64,000 nucleotides of DNA from Marsupella aquatica (Eukaryota > Plantae > Marchantiophyta), in NCBI GenBank assembly GCA_973895155.1, contig OZ316893.1, positions 11,351,660 through 11,415,659 of the forward strand, written 5' to 3'. Positions 51,701-64,000 of this stretch are shown in pieces. Both the position numbers and the translations under genes were made by a program. How positions within the stretch are numbered: position 1 is the stretch's first letter; each line of letters starts with the position of its first letter. The notes beneath the pieces were generated by a model that did no database searches, had not been told where the DNA came from, and was given only the letters and a program-made list of their open reading frames with translations.

Positions 51701-53271
51701 TATAGTGATAACTATGTAGACAAAAAGTCTTCTAACTAGATTATCATGCTTATAAACATGGCATGATTTGAGTACAAATGAGGAAGGTACTGCCTCGTTA
51801 AAACCTTTAACAGCTCTAAAAAAACTCAATCAGGGTAACAGAGAAAAAAAAATCTCGGCTCTAAAGGAAAAAGAGTACAGCCCTGTCGGTCCTCAAGTGA
51901 ATCCGGTGGTATGTGGAGTTAACAGTAACAACTCCACTCCGTCAAAATGAACAAGTTGTCGTATGCTCAACGACTCAACAACAATGCGACATGTCTCCAA
52001 ATCGCTCACCATCGCGCATACATCCGCACATACATCCTCGCATCGAATACAAATTAAAACATATATGAAAAAATGATTAGTAATTAAGTTATTATCATAA
52101 AATCACTTGTCCGTGGCTCATCTGCGCAAAGTGTAAAGTATAATAATAAATAATGTCATCTCGTGCAACTCAGTGCGTAATGTATGGGATGTTAAAAGTC
52201 CGAAAAATATGATCTCCCCCTCAAAACAAGGTTTCAAGGAATATATTATTCTCGTAAAACTCAAATATCGAAACTCTCCCTTAGAGTTCAAGAACTCCTA
52301 ATTAGATTCTTAAATAGAGGGTTCTTGTGCAAAATGCACAATTCGCAAGCGTGTGTAGATGACACACAAAGAAATCTCTCAATCTTAGATTTCAAAAACA
52401 TGTAGTATCAAATAGTTTTTATATGAAAAATAATCTGCAGCACCAAAGGGTGTGCATTCACAACACCAACGGGTGTGTGTATAATATGGCACGTCTGCCC
52501 TGCACGTCTGCAGTTCTCATATTTTGACAAAAAGTGTCAAGTCAATATAACTTCACAAATAACCCTGTGGAATCCGAACATTCAGTCGAACGTCCATGTG
52601 TGTCATAGCACAGAGAAGTTCTAGCTCAAAATGATTCGCTATCTTGCGGAGGTAAAGTGATATTCATAAACGTCAAACAACTCCGTATAAAAATAGTTTA
52701 GAGCTAGTATTAGTCAAAAGATCCCACTTAATGACCAAGTACCAAAATGTACTCGTAGGGGGTAAATCAAGTGTGATTGGGGTTTGAGAAAATAAACTTT
52801 CTCCCCCTAAATATGCATTTTATGCATATATTATAGTTGAAAGCTAGAATTAAGTTGGACCGGACAAAGTTATGGGGTTTGCCCATATTAACCCCTCATT
52901 ACTCATTCTGATTTGAGTTTACTTCGGGTTTCTAAATATTCGCAGTTAAACCCCTAAAGGGTTATTGATTATCCGCTTTTGGATATGGCCGGAAACTAAG
53001 GTCATGGAACTAACCTGAAGTACTGTACCTTAGATTATTCTGGATCTTTCGTGAGAAACATATCTGCTATCGATCATTGGATCTCAGAAAATCTATACCT
53101 TACCAAAATACCTCCAAAACTAGGTCATAGAGCATGGTTAAAAGGTATGGTATTAGTTCCATACTTAAAAACTATCATCCCACCGAACAATGGCTATAAA
53201 AGCTCTCGTTTGAGTTGTTTATGGTGTAAAGGCCATGAGGATAAGACCCTTAAGTAAGATATTGCCCTAAT

Positions 53272-53615
53272 GTAGGGTGTAATTGGGTGTAAATCCATGT
53301 CAATTGGTGTAAAAGTTGTAAATGGTCAATTTACACACAAAAAGTGTATGGGCCAAAGTTTATTCCCCCTGATGGTGTAAATTGGTGTAAACCAGTGTAA
53401 ATGCTATAAGCAAGTGTAATCTGGTGTAACCAGTGTAAACAAGTATAAACCCAATGTAAAGCATGGGATTATACAATGGTAAGACATATACCAGTGTAAA
53501 CTGGTGTCATGAGGTATAATCTAGAATGGTATCATTAAGTGTAAACTAGGGGTGTAAAATGGTGTAAAAACCATTTTGTGATTGAAATGGGTGTAACAAC
53601 CACTTTGTAAATGGA
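53272..53615. repeat. Low-complexity array of (G)GTGTAA(A) motifs inside the LTR element
   Basis: More than a dozen GTGTAA / TGTAAA motifs with irregular spacing. Confidence 0.7.
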
Positions 53616-55077
53616 AAGTAGAGGTATTTGGTATAAAAACATTATTTCCAATGTGCAAAGTCAAGTAAGGGTGGTATGACATGTGAATATGTCAAATGCA
53701 TGTAAAGCATGTGTTGCACATGTAAGGCATGTTAATGTATGCAAATTCAACAAGTGACATGTAATTTCCCTAAACCAGTTGATGTGTTTACATGTGTAAA
53801 TTTGCAATGTGCACTTATCATTTTCCATTTTATGTGTTTATCCATAAGTGCAAAACATCCGTTGTCAACAAGATTTTCTTTGTTAATATGTGCATATATG
53901 GATAGTTTTTCAAAAATGAAGATTTTGCAATGAAACACATGGGATTCTCTTGTCTTTGGATAAGTGCACCCAAGCATTTTTATTTCAGAAACTCTTTACT
54001 ATACTATGCATTTAATGAGGGTTGCACTTATCTGGTGTTCAAGTTTTTCTCGAGGATTTTGAGATCGAATGTTGCATGTTTAAGTCACTCATGTGTGTCT
54101 CTTGAAATCTCACTTGTCGCTTTGGCTCATTCGTTGATTGCGATCAGCTTCTCAGGCTCATTCTTGGACAAGCACAACATTCCATATTTAGGATTCAGAA
54201 AATGTTATCAGATCTAGACTCCACAACGATGACTCATTTCTTTCGCTGGATGCCATCTCCCGTACGTTCACAACCAAAGCCAAGATGTTCTTCCTCCACG
54301 ACATTTGCTTCTATCTTCTCCAGTTTGATACGACTGTATCAAATGGCTCTTATTGGAATCTTCATTGAATCAGCAAACGACCAATTCAACATCCATGTTT
54401 GGGCTCTTGTAATGCCTGTACTTCACTCGATCGTGTGTAATGGGCATTTCCTTTCATCCTTTATGGCTCGCAGATCGACCAACAAGAAACTATCAGCGGT
54501 TGAGAAACATTGTGAAATTCAGGGAAAGAGAAGGCGCCTGCGTTCGTCCCTTATGAGGTTAGGGTTTTGAAAATTTTTCTTATGATCCCGACCGGGTCCT
54601 GATTTGCTCTCGATCCACCCGGCTTCATTCAAGGCTGTCTCTGTTTGGCTTCCGGTCTCTGCTCTTCTCTTTCTGCCTCTTGTTAAGGTTGTCAACTCAT
54701 CGCCTCGAGTGATTTAGGTTGATCTGGCCTGGTTGGGTAGAAGGAAGCAGCGCGGCTGAACTTGATCTCTCTTGCCTCAGCCATAGCTTTCCACTTGACT
54801 CAAATCATTGCCTTGAATACTGCTTTCCCACACGATCTTCAGAATCACCCTTCAAAACAAAATTTCTTTTGATCATATCACAGCCTTCATAAGCTTGCTC
54901 TCGGCGCGACCACAATGCTACATCCTGTTGTTGCTTCAACGTGACTCATGTTCTCTTGGTGGTTCAAACTACTAGCCTTCTCACTCCCAATTCAATTCTC
55001 CTTCATAACTTGGAAATCCTTAAGAAAACATTCATTCATCATAGCCATAGGGAAATTCCTAAAAAAATTCATGATCA

Positions 55078-55109
55078 AGCTCAGCTGGTCTAGAGTCGTG
55101 CTGATAACG
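55078..55109 (-). promoter_or_regulatory. Primer-binding site complementary to the 5' half of tRNA-Ile(AAU/IAU)
   Basis: + strand AGCTCAGCTGGTCTAGAGTCGTGCTGATAACG abuts the LTR and resembles plant tRNA-Ile AGCTCAGTTGGTTAGAGCGTCGTGCTAATAACG (tRNA sequence recalled, not searched). Confidence 0.75.
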
Positions 55110-55848
55110 TGTTGAGGAATGATGCGGGAAATGATAATGAGATTCCTCTCTATAAAATGAATGGGTGCATCTCTTTATATAGTCTCCGTCTGAGTTATCC
55201 TATATGGTAACTATGGTTAAGGGAACCATGGAGTCTAGTTAGGGTATAACACCATCAAGTTACTTGTTAAAGATGGGCCCTATTCAAGAGGGGAGTTCTG
55301 TGTCGTCCCACATAAAAAGGAATTCCACCCAAGGAAATATTGGCCCATAGGAGGAGATAACAAAGGGCCCTTTCTATCCTATCGACGTCTTGATGAGTGA
55401 ATCATGTATAAGGGGCCTGACGGCCAGATTGGCCCGAAAAGAAAGGCCAATATCGTGTGGCCAGAATCTTGAAGCTCTGCACGGCCTTTCATTGGCACAA
55501 ACTTTCATTCTCCAGAATTATCTACAGCAGCCAATGGAAATTCAATCGCCACTCTGAATTCTTTCTGTGCGTCGGATTCTACATCGGACGGCCAGGGCTG
55601 TAGTAGTGCCTCGAAAAAAGCGCAACATCAGATCGCCGTTTTGCATGAAGAAAGTGCGCTCCCGTCGTTCCTTCCTTGCGCTTCGCTTCGCCATTGAGGA
55701 CCCATAGATTTTGTCAAATCTCCAACCCCACCTTCCGTCCGAGAAGAGGTAGCATCAGTAGCAGCAGAGCTCAGCTCAGCTCCACAGAACGATCCCCTAG
55801 ACCAGACCACAATTCCTTCGAGAGAGAGGATTTGCATAATTTGTCGAC

Positions 55849-58800
55849 ATGGCGACGAGCTTCGCAGTGTCCAGCAAGACTGGGATGAGCTTGTCATCGG
55901 GTTTCCACGGAACAGGGATCTCGAGCTCGCTGAGCTTGTCGACTGACGTGAGGGCCTTCAATGCGCAGCCCGCCAGCCATGGGAGCAAGAGGCGGGGGCA
56001 CAGGGCTGTCGTTGTGTGCAAGTCTGGCCCAGAGGTGAGGCCTGTGATCATCGGACTCGCTGCCGATTCAGGATGTGGGAAGAGCACCTTCATGAGGCGG
56101 TTGACGAGTGTGTTTGGTGGAGCTGCGACCCCTCCCAAGGGCGGAAACCCCGATTCCAACACGCTAATCAGTGATTCCACTACTGTCATCTGCTTGGATG
56201 ATTATCATTCCTTGGACAGGTATGGCAGGAAGGAGAAGGCTGTCACGGCTTTGGACCCGCGCGCCAACAATTTTGATCTCATGTACGAGCAGGTTAAGGC
56301 TATCAAGGAAGGAAAGTCCATTGAGAAGCCCATCTACAACCATGTCACTGGACTCCTCGACCCTGCGGAAACCATTGAGGCCCCCAAGATTTTTGTCATC
56401 GAAGGGCTTCATCCCATGTGAGTCTCGTCTCTCCGTGCATTCAGCTCGGGTACATCTCTACTAGGCGGTAGATTTGGACCCCCTCACTGGAGCCATGGTG
56501 GCATTGAATGAGGTAGCAATGAACCGAGAGAGAAGGCTGGCCATGGCCATGCCGTTACTGTATTTTTGTCGGAATCGGAATGCCGTTCTCTTGCAGTCGT
56601 CAGCTGGTCTGCAGCTGTACACTTCAGCCGAAGCCGCAGTGTGGAGTTGTGTCAATAGTTGAGTTTGAAGTCCATCTTAGATTGTACATTTCAATTTCTA
56701 GTTGAATTACGTACCTGCCAGCTTGCATTCCTAATTCGGTAAGGCCACGGCTCTATTCCTCCAAGAGAGAATTATCTACAAGTTCTCTAGCGGGGGGAAT
56801 AATCCTTTTTCGTCTTAAATCATTCTATGGGACATGTGGGAGAAACGATCTCTGTATTGTAATTGCCTCTTCGTAGTGGAGAGAGTAAACCCGCATAGTC
56901 GACCAGCTTCTTCGTTGAGTATTGAGACGAGTTAGAAACTCCCTCGTCTGCTTCTCTGCCTCCCCGAGCAGTGCATGCAGTGTGGCAATCGTTCCAAGGT
57001 GTTGGGAGAAATTGGACCTCTCTCCGATTCACCGGGCTCTCCAGGAGTGTACGACGCGATTGTTGAGCTGTTGTGTAGCTGCCCATCGAGTTCGGCGAGA
57101 TGTCAGTGGTTAGGATGCCTTCTGTTTTCCCAATTCTCGGTGTCTCGGAAGGATGGGAACTTGACAAAACTTGGCATTGGTTTAAAGGAATATTGTGTCT
57201 GTGGGATCCATACTAAAAATGATGTACCCTCCCTGCATAGGGGAAGTCCTTCCGCACATATTGTCCTGATAACTGATCTTTCGCGCTCACCTAGCGGGCA
57301 GGCTCTTGTAGCACTTTAGAAGTACTTCGATAGGTTTTCTAGATTATCAAGCCGGATCCTTTTTTTCAAATTTTGATCAGGGATGCTGCAGCTCTCACCC
57401 TCACTGTCCAGCAAACCGAGCTCTGAGAGCGTGGGAAGGCTCACAGATTCATTGTTGGGCCAGTCCTTATGCCAAATTCCACAAACAGTTTTAGTTTGAT
57501 TGTTCTCGTCAGTAATGCAAATATTTCATTGCATGGGTCGTCTCTCCGAAGAAAGGTAAAAAGTCTCGTTGTCGTAAATATTCGGCACGGTTTATCCTCA
57601 AATTATCAGATTTTGAGTCCGTATGTCCGCATTACCTCTGCCGATGATGTGACTTGGACAAAATATACGCTCACTGATGTGAAATATGATAATTATTTAA
57701 TTTGGGTTTGGCTATCGGGAGAGTTCACATGCGTAGTGTGTATGGAGTTCGCTGGGAAGTCCAGTCGGCCTGTGTCTTTGGAAATATGCAATTCTCAGCG
57801 TTGTGTCCATCTAACCTCTTGTAGGTATGACGAGCGAGTGAGGGATCTCCTGGACTTCAGCATCTACCTAGACATCAGTGACGATGTCAAGTTTGCATGG
57901 AAGATTCAGGTAATTTTCTTGGTTTATCTCCCTGTTCACATGGATTCTCTATATGTTGCATTCCTTTATGAGAGAGTCAGAATTGGTTCGGTCCCAATTC
58001 TGACTAGTGTCCGTGCTCGGAAGCGTATTGGGAGGCTAATCTCTGGCAGCAATGATGCGTTCAAGGTTCTGAGTGTTGGGGCACCGCTTGTCTGAGATGT
58101 CGTATCCTGATTTCCTCGGGTGTTTAATGCGCCTCTCGCTATTGTTTGATGTTGGCTTAGCTAGTTACCTTCCCTCAGTATTGTGAATAGAGGTTTGTGT
58201 GTGTTGCATATTTGACAGCGTGATATGGCGGAGCGAGGACACAGCTTGGAGAGCATCAAGGCTAGCATTGCTGCTCGCAAGCCAGACTTCGATGCCTACA
58301 TTGGTCGTCCTCTACCTCTCTGATAAGCTCCGTTCCCCAGCCTGTTCACAGGCACTCCATTGTTTCTCTGGGTCAAAATGAAATGATCAGGTGCTGACCT
58401 TCCAAACAATTGGCCTTCCGCAGATCCCCAAAAGCAGCACGCTGATATTGTAATCCAAGTGCTACCCACCCAGCTCATTCCTGATGACAACGAGGGCAAG
58501 ATCTTGAGGGTCAAGATGATCATGAAAGAGGGAGTGCCGGACTTTGAGCCGGTCTATCTGTACGATGAAGGCTCCACCATTTCCTGGATCCCTTGCGGCA
58601 GGAAGCTAACCTGCTCATATCCCGGGATCAAGTTTGCCTACGGCCCAGACACTTACTACGGAAACGAGGTATTTTTCGATCGGGTGACTCTTTTTCTAAA
58701 TCTGAACTGTCGACCCTTGTCTCAGGATATGTTTCTGTTCTGCCTCTAATGACAATTTAAGTCCATGCCTTTGGATTTGTATTTATTGATGCTAGATGCA

Positions 58801-59063
58801 TTCACTATGTACAGGTGTCAGTTCTGGAAATGGACGGTCAATTCGACAGACTTGACGAGTTGATTTATGTGGAGTCTCATTTGAGCAATATTTCGACCAA
58901 GTTCTACGGAGAAATCACCCAGCAGATGTTAAAGCACGCCGACTTCCCCGGTAGCAACAACGGAACAGGATTGTTCCAAACCATCGTCGGTCTCAAGATT
59001 AGAGAGGTGTTCGAGAGAATCGTGGCAAGAGAAGCTGCGAAGTTGGAATCAGCCAAGGTGTAA
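55849..59063 (+). CDS. PRK: Phosphoribulokinase, chloroplastic; 5 exons: 55849-56417, 57825-57909, 58219-58303, 58424-58668, 58815-59063
   Basis: Ser-rich transit peptide; GLAADSGCGKSTFMRR P-loop; VICLDDYHSLDR; EGLHPM|YDERVR; WIPCGRKLTCSYPGI; HADFPGSNNGTGLFQ. Confidence 0.98.
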
Positions 59064-60282
59064 ATGATTCTCAATTTGATTTTCTACTAGTTTAATTACA
59101 GTACACTGCGGTAATTGTCCTGATTGTTTCATCCCGCGAATGTTGAGCTAGTCATGTACGGTAGTATAGTAGTTTTGCACTCTCTGAAGATCAGTTTAGA
59201 GTCACCAGTTGTCTTTTGTATTAAATGTGGGGACGAAGCTGTACCCGAGGAAGGAATGCACACTCATGCTCTGAAGAAAAATTCATAAACGAACTGCCGA
59301 CTGGCTTTTGGCTTAGTAGCAAGCCAAATTGTACAACTTATATAACAACTCGGCGCACATATGTGCTTCCTCTGTGATTCGAATTTGCAATGTAAATCCG
59401 AACCTTTTGTACATTCCAGGCGTTTGTCTTGACGGAGATTCTGAAAGGGCTCTTTCGCTCCCAGCCGACATTAGTATTTAGTGCAGGGTTTCCTCACGCC
59501 TACTTACCTCACAACAAGGGGATTTAAAGCATATGCAGTTTTTTAACACTAGCAGCTTTTCTGGACGAGCTGCTTCCTCTCTTCTCACTTTGTGTAACTG
59601 TAAACAAACGAAAAAGCACCTATAAGCTCAAAATTTTCGTCGTGAGAGTCCGAACTGGGCCAAACTGTGTCCTGAAAACTAAATGTAAGGATGTCGGTCT
59701 TGTAATGCGCTTCGTGAGTCGCATTCGCCACCAGAAATATGTCGTGATGGTTTTCTTCGAAGCATATCGAACGGGTTCATTTGTTCTGATTTCAGTTTTC
59801 AGGAGTTCAGGTGGATGGATAAAAGCATCGCCATCGATTGACTTACCTTATGGATTCTCTTGTAGACAGAAATATATTCAAAAGTAATCATGAGTTCTTT
59901 GATAACCCCTTGCACCTACCTAGATCCCTTTATCTGCTGGCCAAATGGATCCTATTTTCAAGTGGACGCTCTAGGGATCAGACGACGCCCAAATTCTTCC
60001 AGATGTCTGCCAATGAATGTAAGAATTTCGATAATATTCCAGTTCTGATTCATGTGGAATTTTCCAACAACTCAATGCATGCGTTCGGTTGATGGACGAG
60101 AACTCCAAGCTGGGTCATTTATACCTCCTTGCAATTCAGCCTTAGCTCACAGGTACACGGGCAATATGCCTCTCACCTCGCTAAGAGGGTCCATACACCT
60201 ACAATCTCACTACGGTACAGATCATCGAACTAGCATTCCCGCCAGTTCGAGTATATCCTTGGCTCTATGTTGACATACAAGC

Positions 60283-62824
60283 TTACCTACCATATCTGTG
60301 TGTTTTCTTTGCGAAATCTTTTAGAGTAGACACGAAAGTTTGTGCGGTAAAATCCTTCAACGAGCCCATGTGCCTGAACAAGAAACCAACCAAACAACAT
60401 TAAGATCGAAAATGTCACTCACAGCAGTCCTACATGAGACATCTTTAGCATTGGGATCATTTAGGTCATCACATATCTTTAGGTAGTCTCGCGAACTTAA
60501 GCGAGACCCTGGCCCAGTAAACAACAGGAAACGATTTTCTGAATGTATTAGCAGACTTCACTGGTGGTGAATGTTGGATTCTCTAAAGCCACTGCAAACT
60601 GGCACTTCTTTGACTGTCACATTTCCATTAGCTTCCAAAGTGCCTGTTACTTGCAACACAGTTTGGAAGCTAATTTTACTTACACGATCTCGGTGAGTCG
60701 TAATCGCCAAGGAGGGAAACCGAGGAGACTTCTCGTCATGCCGAACAACAGCAAAAGATCTGGATCAGGTCCTTCACCTCCTGCGTGATATATTTTACGT
60801 CCTTGTCAGCTGGAAGGGAACCGAGGAGGAAAAGGAGTCTATCAAAATACGATATCTTGATGCATAAATAATGTTCCATGAGTAACAAAAGGGAGATCCA
60901 GCTGATGATCTCCAGAAAAGATAAGTCATAAAAACCAGATCAAAGAACACAGCTTAAGTGAAGAGAACTCGATTCTGGTGGACTACATCCAGTGGAATGA
61001 CCAGGAAATGAGATGCTGGGAACATATTTGTACCTGTTTCTTGTAGGCTCCTATTGATATCATCTTCTGTTAGCTTCGCTCCCTTCGTCGATTTCTCAGC
61101 GTAGTGAATTTTGTACGCGTTTTCACATACGTGTCTGGCTGCTCTAACCAGGGATCCCTTCCCATCTTGGAGGGACAAAAGCTCGACCTTCATATGGCTG
61201 ACTGTAGACACACAAAATTGTGGGTTGTCATCGGCAGCATCCGTTGACACAGGAGATTCACTTTTCCGTCTCCTTAAGCTGCCGAGTTCACTTTGCATAA
61301 ATTTGTCATATTTGTCCACTGAGATAAATCTGTTGTTGACGGCTTGGTCCTCCTTCAGGTATCGTGACCCACTGAGCTCCGGAAGCAATTCTGCCTACAA
61401 AAGGTAAAACAAGCCCTGCTAAGCCTTTTGAACCATGACAAAAACCACTGGAGGCCTATTGCGAACTTATACCTACAAAGCTCAGAGTTCCTGTGGCCGT
61501 TATCTAACTGTTCGATGGAATCACACAGACAGAGATCATTTCTTGGGCACATGTTTTTGTTGCAGGACAACAGACGGACGGGACTTGAATAGAACTCGTC
61601 ATCCTTCTTTGAAACAATTTCTCATCTACTCTTCAAGATATCCAACACAATCCAACACAATCCAAGATCTCTGTATCTCCATCTAATCCCAGGGCGTACA
61701 TCAGGACACTGAAAAATAAGCTGCGCCGCCAAATCGATTTCATTCTCCCGACGAACTTTCTATTATCTGCCTATTTTGTGGGGACCAGTCCCAAAAGAAG
61801 ATTTATTATTAGTTCTCTTGAAACACACATTCTCGATGGGAGTTTGAAGACTAGCTAAAAACATCAGTGATGAAAACTATCCTCTTCAGTTAGAAAGATG
61901 GCAGGAGAACACGGGGGCAACATTCACGGACGCGAAGAAAAGGATGACAAGCATTGTTATTAATGTTTCTGAGACAGCTAATGCTACGAATTTTGCATTT
62001 TCTGGAAACCTTAGCAACAAACGTTATCTCACTGAGACAAATCAGATGTTACTAAAGTTTCATGTTTCGGAAAGTGCAGTTACGGACCTCTGAGTAACAA
62101 CGAATCATGTGGTCGCTTGTCTCCAAAGAATTCAATGTTTTCTGAAGCTGTCCCTGGGAGCGTTTCAGAATACCTACATCACACGATATACTCCGAATTA
62201 ATTTAATGCTACATATTGAAAAACGTAATCGGACCATTCATCTCCCGAGGAGAAATTCGTCCACAACCATTCTGCTCAGTGCTGGGCTGGATAGGGTATC
62301 ACAAGGCAATAAAAGAGTCATGATTGCCTTGATTTTGGGGTCAAGCTGGGACAATTCATAATCTATCTTCACGAATGGCAAACCTGTGACGATACAAAGT
62401 CCTGGACTCAAACCTTCGCCACAGGAAGAATCGATTCAAGAGCAGGCCTGTTGAGTTACTGGAGGGGGCGTCCAATGCAAAGGAACTGTACAGGGGAGAA
62501 TTGCAGCACAGCTCGTGGGTCCAAAAGAAACAGCCGCGGTAACGCACCTTGTGCATCATACAAAGTCACATGACTGACATTGGCCGAGCTCAACCAGAAG
62601 AGCAGCTGAGGAATTCTGCCACCCTTATCCAGCGCTTCTTGGTTCTCGAGCACCACCGCCACAGTGAAAGGCTTGTCCGCGACCATCGCCTTCACTTGAC
62701 GATTCTCAGAATCGAACGACGCTATGAAACGCCGGAACCGCGAGAAGAGAGCACCTAGTGCGCAACCGAGGGTGAAGAAAAGGTGCAGGACTCGCCATAG
62801 CAACCACTCCATCGCTCCGGTCAT
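60283..62824 (-). CDS. NUS1: Dehydrodolichyl diphosphate synthase complex subunit NUS1/NgBR (LEW1-like), about 5 exons
   Basis: N-terminal hydrophobic segment, [26 protein letters not shown]|[24 protein letters not shown]...[14 protein letters not shown]-terminal RxG motif (HRYGR*). Alternative start at 62812. Confidence 0.9.
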
Positions 62825-63091
62825 CACGTGCTCCTCCTCGCCTCTGGAGCTCGTGCAATCAAACCAATCAAATCAAATCAAATCAAATCAAATCAGTCAA
62901 CACGACTCAATGCACACCCCAAGTCCAATTCTCCCATTTCTCTCACAGAGAAAACCAAAAACACTCATATCAATTTCGCATCAAGCTCCTGAGGAAGGAG
63001 AATCGCTTCAAGCCATTGCAACAGAATTGATCGAATGCAGCAGATTGGCAACTCCGAGTTTTTTCAACCTCTCGGAACAGAGCCGCAATTC

Positions 63092-63092
<1 letters not shown>

Positions 63093-63130
<38 letters not shown>
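63093..63130. repeat. (CT)n microsatellite upstream of NUS1; (AATCA)n at ~62866-62894 and GGAC/GACG repeats at ~63210-63295 nearby
   Basis: Directly visible simple repeats. Confidence 0.9.
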
Positions 63131-63132
<2 letters not shown>

Positions 63133-64000
63133 GATGGAGAATGATGTGATTGTTTCCATTCGGGTGCCCACAAAACGAAGAGAACTCTCCGTTCAGAAGA
63201 AACGTCGGTCGGACCGACGGAGGGACGGACGGAGGGATGGGCAGACGGACGGAGGGACGGGCAGATTGACGGGCGAACGGACGGACGGATGGAAGGATCG
63301 AAGGGAGATGCGAAATCGGACCAATCAAATTCGCGGGATGAGTCAATTTTCGTCGACGTACCGTTGTGCTCCGTCGACGGTCAGCGAGAGAGACGTTGAG
63401 GCGTGACGGAGTAACGCAGTCTTGACAGGTTTACTTTTTCCGTTACACTGAAACGGACCTTACGGCCAGGAGCCAGCTGCCATCCAGATTGACGTAGGTA
63501 ACGGATACATACGGCCTCATACGGTATGTAAACGGGGGGCCCCTTCTTCTTTTTTTCGTGAAAGGAGCCCTTTAATTATGCGAAAAGTAATACCCAGAAA
63601 GGGACAAGGCCATAACCCACTCAGGGACGTTGGGTCATGAGGGAAAAAGGAAATAACAGTAACTAAAGTTGACAAAAAACCATGGGGTCTTTCCATTTGC
63701 CTAATATCCTGATATTAATTACATCAAAGGTATAAACGCTACTATTTATTGCATCAAAGGTGTAAAAGCTACTCGTGAGTGCCTACCACCTAGAGTAAGG
63801 CCTCTAGACCTTGATTCTCTGGGTGCAAGTGGAATTGTGGGTGCGAGTGAAATTGGGATTGGGGTATTGTGAGTCTCTGAAAATGACATAGTGGGCTTGA
63901 ATGTACTCGCCTCTACTTATGTACAAGGAATTGACACTCAGACTAGATAGGCTACTTGTCACTCTTTTCATCTAAAACAGCTTTTAAGAACAGCGCCACT

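Larger units (their letters stand above)
51545..55251 (-). mobile_element. Non-autonomous Ty1/copia LTR retrotransposon (Bianca-like), 3707 bp
   Basis: LTRs 51545-51686 and 55110-55251 (142 bp, TG...CA, 4 mismatches). 5-bp target-site duplication CCATC at 51540-51544 and 55252-55256. PPT AAGGGGGAG on the - strand next to the left LTR; PBS next to the right LTR. No intact gag/pol ORF. Confidence 0.93.

Noticed and set aside
55078-55109. tRNA gene
   Set aside because: Only the 5' half is present, with no T-arm or acceptor stem; it is explained as the retroelement PBS.
57469-58095. 208-aa ORF inside PRK
   Set aside because: Intron read-through around the 85-nt exon 2; only YDERVR...WKIQ is PRK.

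Overview
Eukaryotic nuclear DNA from a land plant. Intron style, GC content and protein divergence suggest a non-seed plant such as a liverwort (inference only). Eight apparently intact protein-coding genes: RDR1/2-type RNA-dependent RNA polymerase (-), EXO1 with an intronless CDS (+), peroxisomal ACX3-like acyl-CoA oxidase (-), a small secreted S-protein-homologue (SPH/Self-incomp_S1-like) (-), BIG-type Sec7 ARF-GEF (-), spliceosomal cyclophilin H (-), phosphoribulokinase (+) and NUS1/LEW1 (-). A repeat-rich island at about 22.8-34 kb holds the SPH gene, a MITE, a partial ACX pseudocopy and an F-box relic. A 3.7 kb non-autonomous Ty1/copia element (142-bp LTRs, CCATC target-site duplication, half-tRNA-Ile primer site) sits just upstream of PRK. 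The most unusual observation is a recurrent insertion signature in the island's duplicated DNA, XY -> XY + revcomp(XY) + XY (CC->CCGGCC, GA->GATCGA, AC->ACGTAC, TT->TTAATT). Exon boundaries were read by eye from GT-AG sites and protein similarity; no database searches were run.
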